Positions 61,239-64,000 of a stretch of 64,000 nucleotides of DNA are shown here, piece after piece (the first letter of the stretch is position 1; every line of letters starts with the position of its first letter). Under the pieces are notes generated by a model that was given only the letters and a program-made list of their open reading frames with translations, had not been told where the DNA came from and did no database searches. The translations under genes and the position numbers were made by a program. This DNA comes from an uncultured bacterium (GTDB lineage Bacteria > Verrucomicrobiota > Verrucomicrobiia > Limisphaerales > UBA8199): positions 608,001 through 672,000 of the forward strand of contig CAVVMW010000004.1 in assembly GCA_963749495.1 (NCBI GenBank), given 5' to 3'.

Positions 61239-62291
61239 CTACTCCTGGTCCAGTTCAGGCCAATCGGGGGCGTAGGTGCGGGGCGGCATAGCGGTTCGTT
61301 GCGAAGGGTCTTCTTCAATTCCGCGTCGCACACCGGGCGCAGCGGCGGGGCCGCCGGGACGACCGAACCGAGGGTGCTCGAAATCCATCGCGCGGCCGGG
61401 TCCGCCCGGAGCACGGAAACCACGGAATCCGCCCGGACCGGCGGGCATTTCAGGAGCGCCGGGCATGCCGCCCCATTGCGGACCGGACCCGCCAAAACCA
61501 TACTCCCCGCCGCGCCAGGGCGGCGGCAGGGCCGGGCCATGGAACCGGCCGGCGAATCCATCCCATCCCCTCGGACCGCCAAACCCGGGCCGCGCTCCGT
61601 CCGTCATTGGCCCAGCGCCGCCCCAAGCGTACAAACGCTCACGAAAGCTGCCCGGACCGCCCGGCCCCTCCGGACCGCCGGGCATGCCGCCCCGTTGCGG
61701 ACCGGGCCCGCCGAAACCATACTCCCCGCCGCGCCAGGGCGGCGGCATCCCTGGCCCATGAAATCGGCCGCCAAATCCATCCAATCGGCCCGGACTGCCA
61801 AACCAAGGCCGCGGACCCTCCATCACCCGCCCAGGCCCGCCCCAACCATGCGCACCCTCATAGGACCCGCCGGGGCCGCCAGGGCCTTGCAGACCGCCAG
61901 GCCCGCCGCCCCACCCGGGACCGTACCCCCCAAACCCGGGACGCTCCCCACCCATCATCGGTGGAGGTCCGCCCGGAGGACGCGGTCCGCCACGAAACCT
62001 CCCAAAGTCGCCAGGGGCGCGGTCGCGACCGCCTCCGCCTGGTTCACCGACCGCTTCGGCCTGTCGGCGCTCCTCCATCCTCCGGCGAACCTGCCCCTGG
62101 TCCGACCCCCGGCTTGAGTTGTCCTGCCCCTGGAAATCCTCCTGTCTGCGGTCCATCATCTGACGGACCTCCTGGGAATCGGAATTCTCCCCGGGAGGGC
62201 GTTCTTGAGAGCATGCGTTTCCAGCGCCGAACAACAGCCAACCGGCCGTTCCCAGCGCTCCAGTGATAATCGAACGAGTTACTGTTTTCAT
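61239..62291 (-). CDS. Secreted Gly/Pro-rich low-complexity protein with a 73-aa internal duplication
   Basis: Signal peptide; GRFHGP..PPPWRGGEYGFGG occurs twice, 219 bp apart. Confidence 0.6.
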   Translation of the reverse strand: MKTVTRSIITGALGTAGWLLFGAGNACSQERPPGENSDSQEVRQMMDRRQEDFQGQDNSSRGSDQGQVRRRMEERRQAEAVGEPGGGGRDRAPGDFGRFRGGPRPPGGPPPMMGGERPGFGGYGPGWGGGPGGLQGPGGPGGSYEGAHGWGGPGRVMEGPRPWFGSPGRLDGFGGRFHGPGMPPPWRGGEYGFGGPGPQRGGMPGGPEGPGGPGSFRERLYAWGGAGPMTDGARPGFGGPRGWDGFAGRFHGPALPPPWRGGEYGFGGSGPQWGGMPGAPEMPAGPGGFRGFRAPGGPGRAMDFEHPRFGRPGGPAAAPGVRRGIEEDPSQRTAMPPRTYAPDWPELDQE

Positions 62292-62443
62292 ATTGCCCCG
62301 ATGATAAACCAGGTCACCTTAAGAGAGCGTGAAGCGCGCTTCTGGCAACGGTTTTCCAGCGAGGCAGCGTTGCGGAAGGGACAAAAGGGACTGAAGGGAC
62401 TAAAGCGACGGCGCGGGTTGGCTCTGCAAACTCCGGTGAATCA

Positions 62444-63028
62444 TCAGAGCCCAGCGAGCAACTCCGACACGGAAACCGCAAAGCCCTCGAGCAGGCGCGA
62501 CTGGGCCTGCTCGCCCGGGCGCCAGCGTCCGGCCAGTTGGTACTCGCCCGCGTTGAGATGGAACACCTCGATTGTCTCTGCTTCCGGGTCGATCAGCCAG
62601 TACTCGAGGACACCGTGTTGTTCGTAAAGATCCCGTTTGTCGATCCGGTCGCGCCGGCGTGATTCGGGCGAAATCACTTCGGCGACAAGGTCGGCCGCCC
62701 CCATCACGCTGTTCCGAATAATGCTCACGCGCGTCTTGGCGATGAAAATCACATCGGGTTGAGTCGCCCGGTGCGGGCCGAGGACCATATCAATGGGCGC
62801 GATGCCGGTTTCTCCCAGCCCATGGCCGGCAACCCAGGCGTCCAGCAACTTGTAAAACCGTGCCACGATGCGTTGGTGGAAAAACGAGGGTGCGGGCGAC
62901 ATGATCAGCTCTCCGTCCCACAATTCAGTCGGCAAGTTGCTCTCGGGCAACTCGGCGGCGAGCTCCGCGAACGTCCAACGACGCTCCTTCCGTTTGCGTG
63001 CCGTCGGTCTGGACCGGACTGTTATCAC
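62444..63028 (-). CDS. Uma2-family (PD-(D/E)XK) endonuclease
   Basis: ELWDGEL..P...HQ, QPD, EVISP and K..LY..GV.EYWLIDP motifs. Confidence 0.9.
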   Translation of the reverse strand: MITVRSRPTARKRKERRWTFAELAAELPESNLPTELWDGELIMSPAPSFFHQRIVARFYKLLDAWVAGHGLGETGIAPIDMVLGPHRATQPDVIFIAKTRVSIIRNSVMGAADLVAEVISPESRRRDRIDKRDLYEQHGVLEYWLIDPEAETIEVFHLNAGEYQLAGRWRPGEQAQSRLLEGFAVSVSELLAGL

Positions 63029-63079
63029 ACCTCAAATCAAACGCCAAATCCCCGGCCAGTCAAGCGAACAGTCGGCCGC

Positions 63080-63628
63080 TCACGAGGCGGCCAGGGCCGC
63101 CTCGATCGCCTGCTTGACCTCCGGCGAGTCGGGCTTGTCTTTCGGCTCGAACCGTTTCAGGACGCTGCCGTCGCGCCCGATGAGAAACTTGCTGAAGTTC
63201 CAGCGGATGTTCCCGGGAAACGGGGAGTCCTTGCCGGCCAGAATCGAGTAAAGCGGGTGGCGGTTCGGCCCGTTGACCTCGAGCTTCTCGAAGAGCGGAA
63301 ACGTGACCTGGTACTTCGAGGAGCAGAACTGCTTGATTTGCTCGGCGGTGCCTGGTTCCTGGGCGCCGAACTGGTTGCAGGGGAAGCCCAGCACCACCAG
63401 ACCTTTGTCCTTGTACTGCTGCTGGAGCGCCTCCAGCCCCGCGTATTGAGGAGTGTAGCCGCACTTGGAGGCCACATTGACGATGAGCAGGACCTTCCCC
63501 TTGTAGCTCTTCAACGAGGTCGGATTGCCATCGATGTCTTTGAGCGGCACTTTGTAAAGAGACTCGGACGCCCGGGCACCAACCACGCCAAGCGGCAAGA
63601 GGGCACAAAGGAGTAAAGCTGTTTTCAT
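63080..63628 (-). CDS. Glutathione peroxidase family protein
   Basis: NVASKCGYT, GFPCNQF and WNFSKFL motifs. Confidence 0.93.
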   Translation of the reverse strand: MKTALLLCALLPLGVVGARASESLYKVPLKDIDGNPTSLKSYKGKVLLIVNVASKCGYTPQYAGLEALQQQYKDKGLVVLGFPCNQFGAQEPGTAEQIKQFCSSKYQVTFPLFEKLEVNGPNRHPLYSILAGKDSPFPGNIRWNFSKFLIGRDGSVLKRFEPKDKPDSPEVKQAIEAALAAS

Positions 63629-63785
63629 GACTCTAACAATGCACGAGCCCCCCGCTTCGTCAAATGGACCGGCCGCGAAGCTCCCTCCAAGGCGATCGCC
63701 ATCAGGATCACCTGAGCCGAGCCCGTCCCTTTAGTCGCTTTTGTCCCTTCAGTCCCTTTTGTCCCTTCTGCAACGCTCCCGCGCT

Positions 63786-64000
63786 CTAACGCGCCGCGCT
63801 GTCGCCTTTGAGCTTGAGCCTCGGATCGGACAGATCCAGCCGGTAGAGGATCTGGTTGTATTCGTAATAGGGCGTCGTGTGGGGGTTGCCGGAGAAGGTA
63901 TTGACGTAAGACCCCTCCAGGTAGATCAGCCGGCCTCCTTCCCGGTCAAAAAACGGGTGCTGAGTGGGGTTGTAGAAATCGTGGGCGTCTCCGGGTTTGT
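63786..64000 (-). CDS. C-terminal end of a hypothetical protein (start outside the window)
   Basis: Manual translation [45 protein letters not shown] at 63786-63788. Confidence 0.6.
   Translation of the reverse strand, partial: KPGDAHDFYNPTQHPFFDREGGRLIYLEGSYVNTFSGNPHTTPYYEYNQILYRLDLSDPRLKLKGDSAAR

Overview
GC-rich bacterial DNA, probably Verrucomicrobiota (Pedosphaera/Limisphaera-like). This is inferred from repeat families and protein styles. Positions 1 to about 46.8 kb look like a decaying accessory island that ends at a tyrosine integrase and a canonical tRNA-Cys. The left end carries a minus-strand RNA-repair/translation-stress unit: promoter, 55-aa leader ORF, intrinsic terminator (split by an IS), 13 non-canonical tRNA-like genes, then rtcB2. 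All 13 have G55 in place of U55, and most have AG in place of the D-loop GG. The middle is a defence cluster broken up by IS elements: HEPN proteins, PHP/TrlF-like ATPase, BREX brxB-brxC-pglZ-brxL without pglX, a Septu-like ATPase/HNH pair, qatA/qatD and AlbA_2. The IS elements are IS1634, IS630, IS1380, IS5-like, two IS66-like copies with a DUF4338-like passenger gene, and a RIT remnant. Three 20-21 bp palindromic micro-insertions sit inside transposase genes. Right of tRNA-Cys are core genes (cinA, fur-like, serA, PPIase, class I fumarase, rsbRST stressosome plus kinase, Uma2, glutathione peroxidase) mixed with REP-like and heptamer/nonamer repeats. Several single-base frameshifts, including one in serA, may be sequencing errors. 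All calls come from reading motifs by eye; no searches were run.
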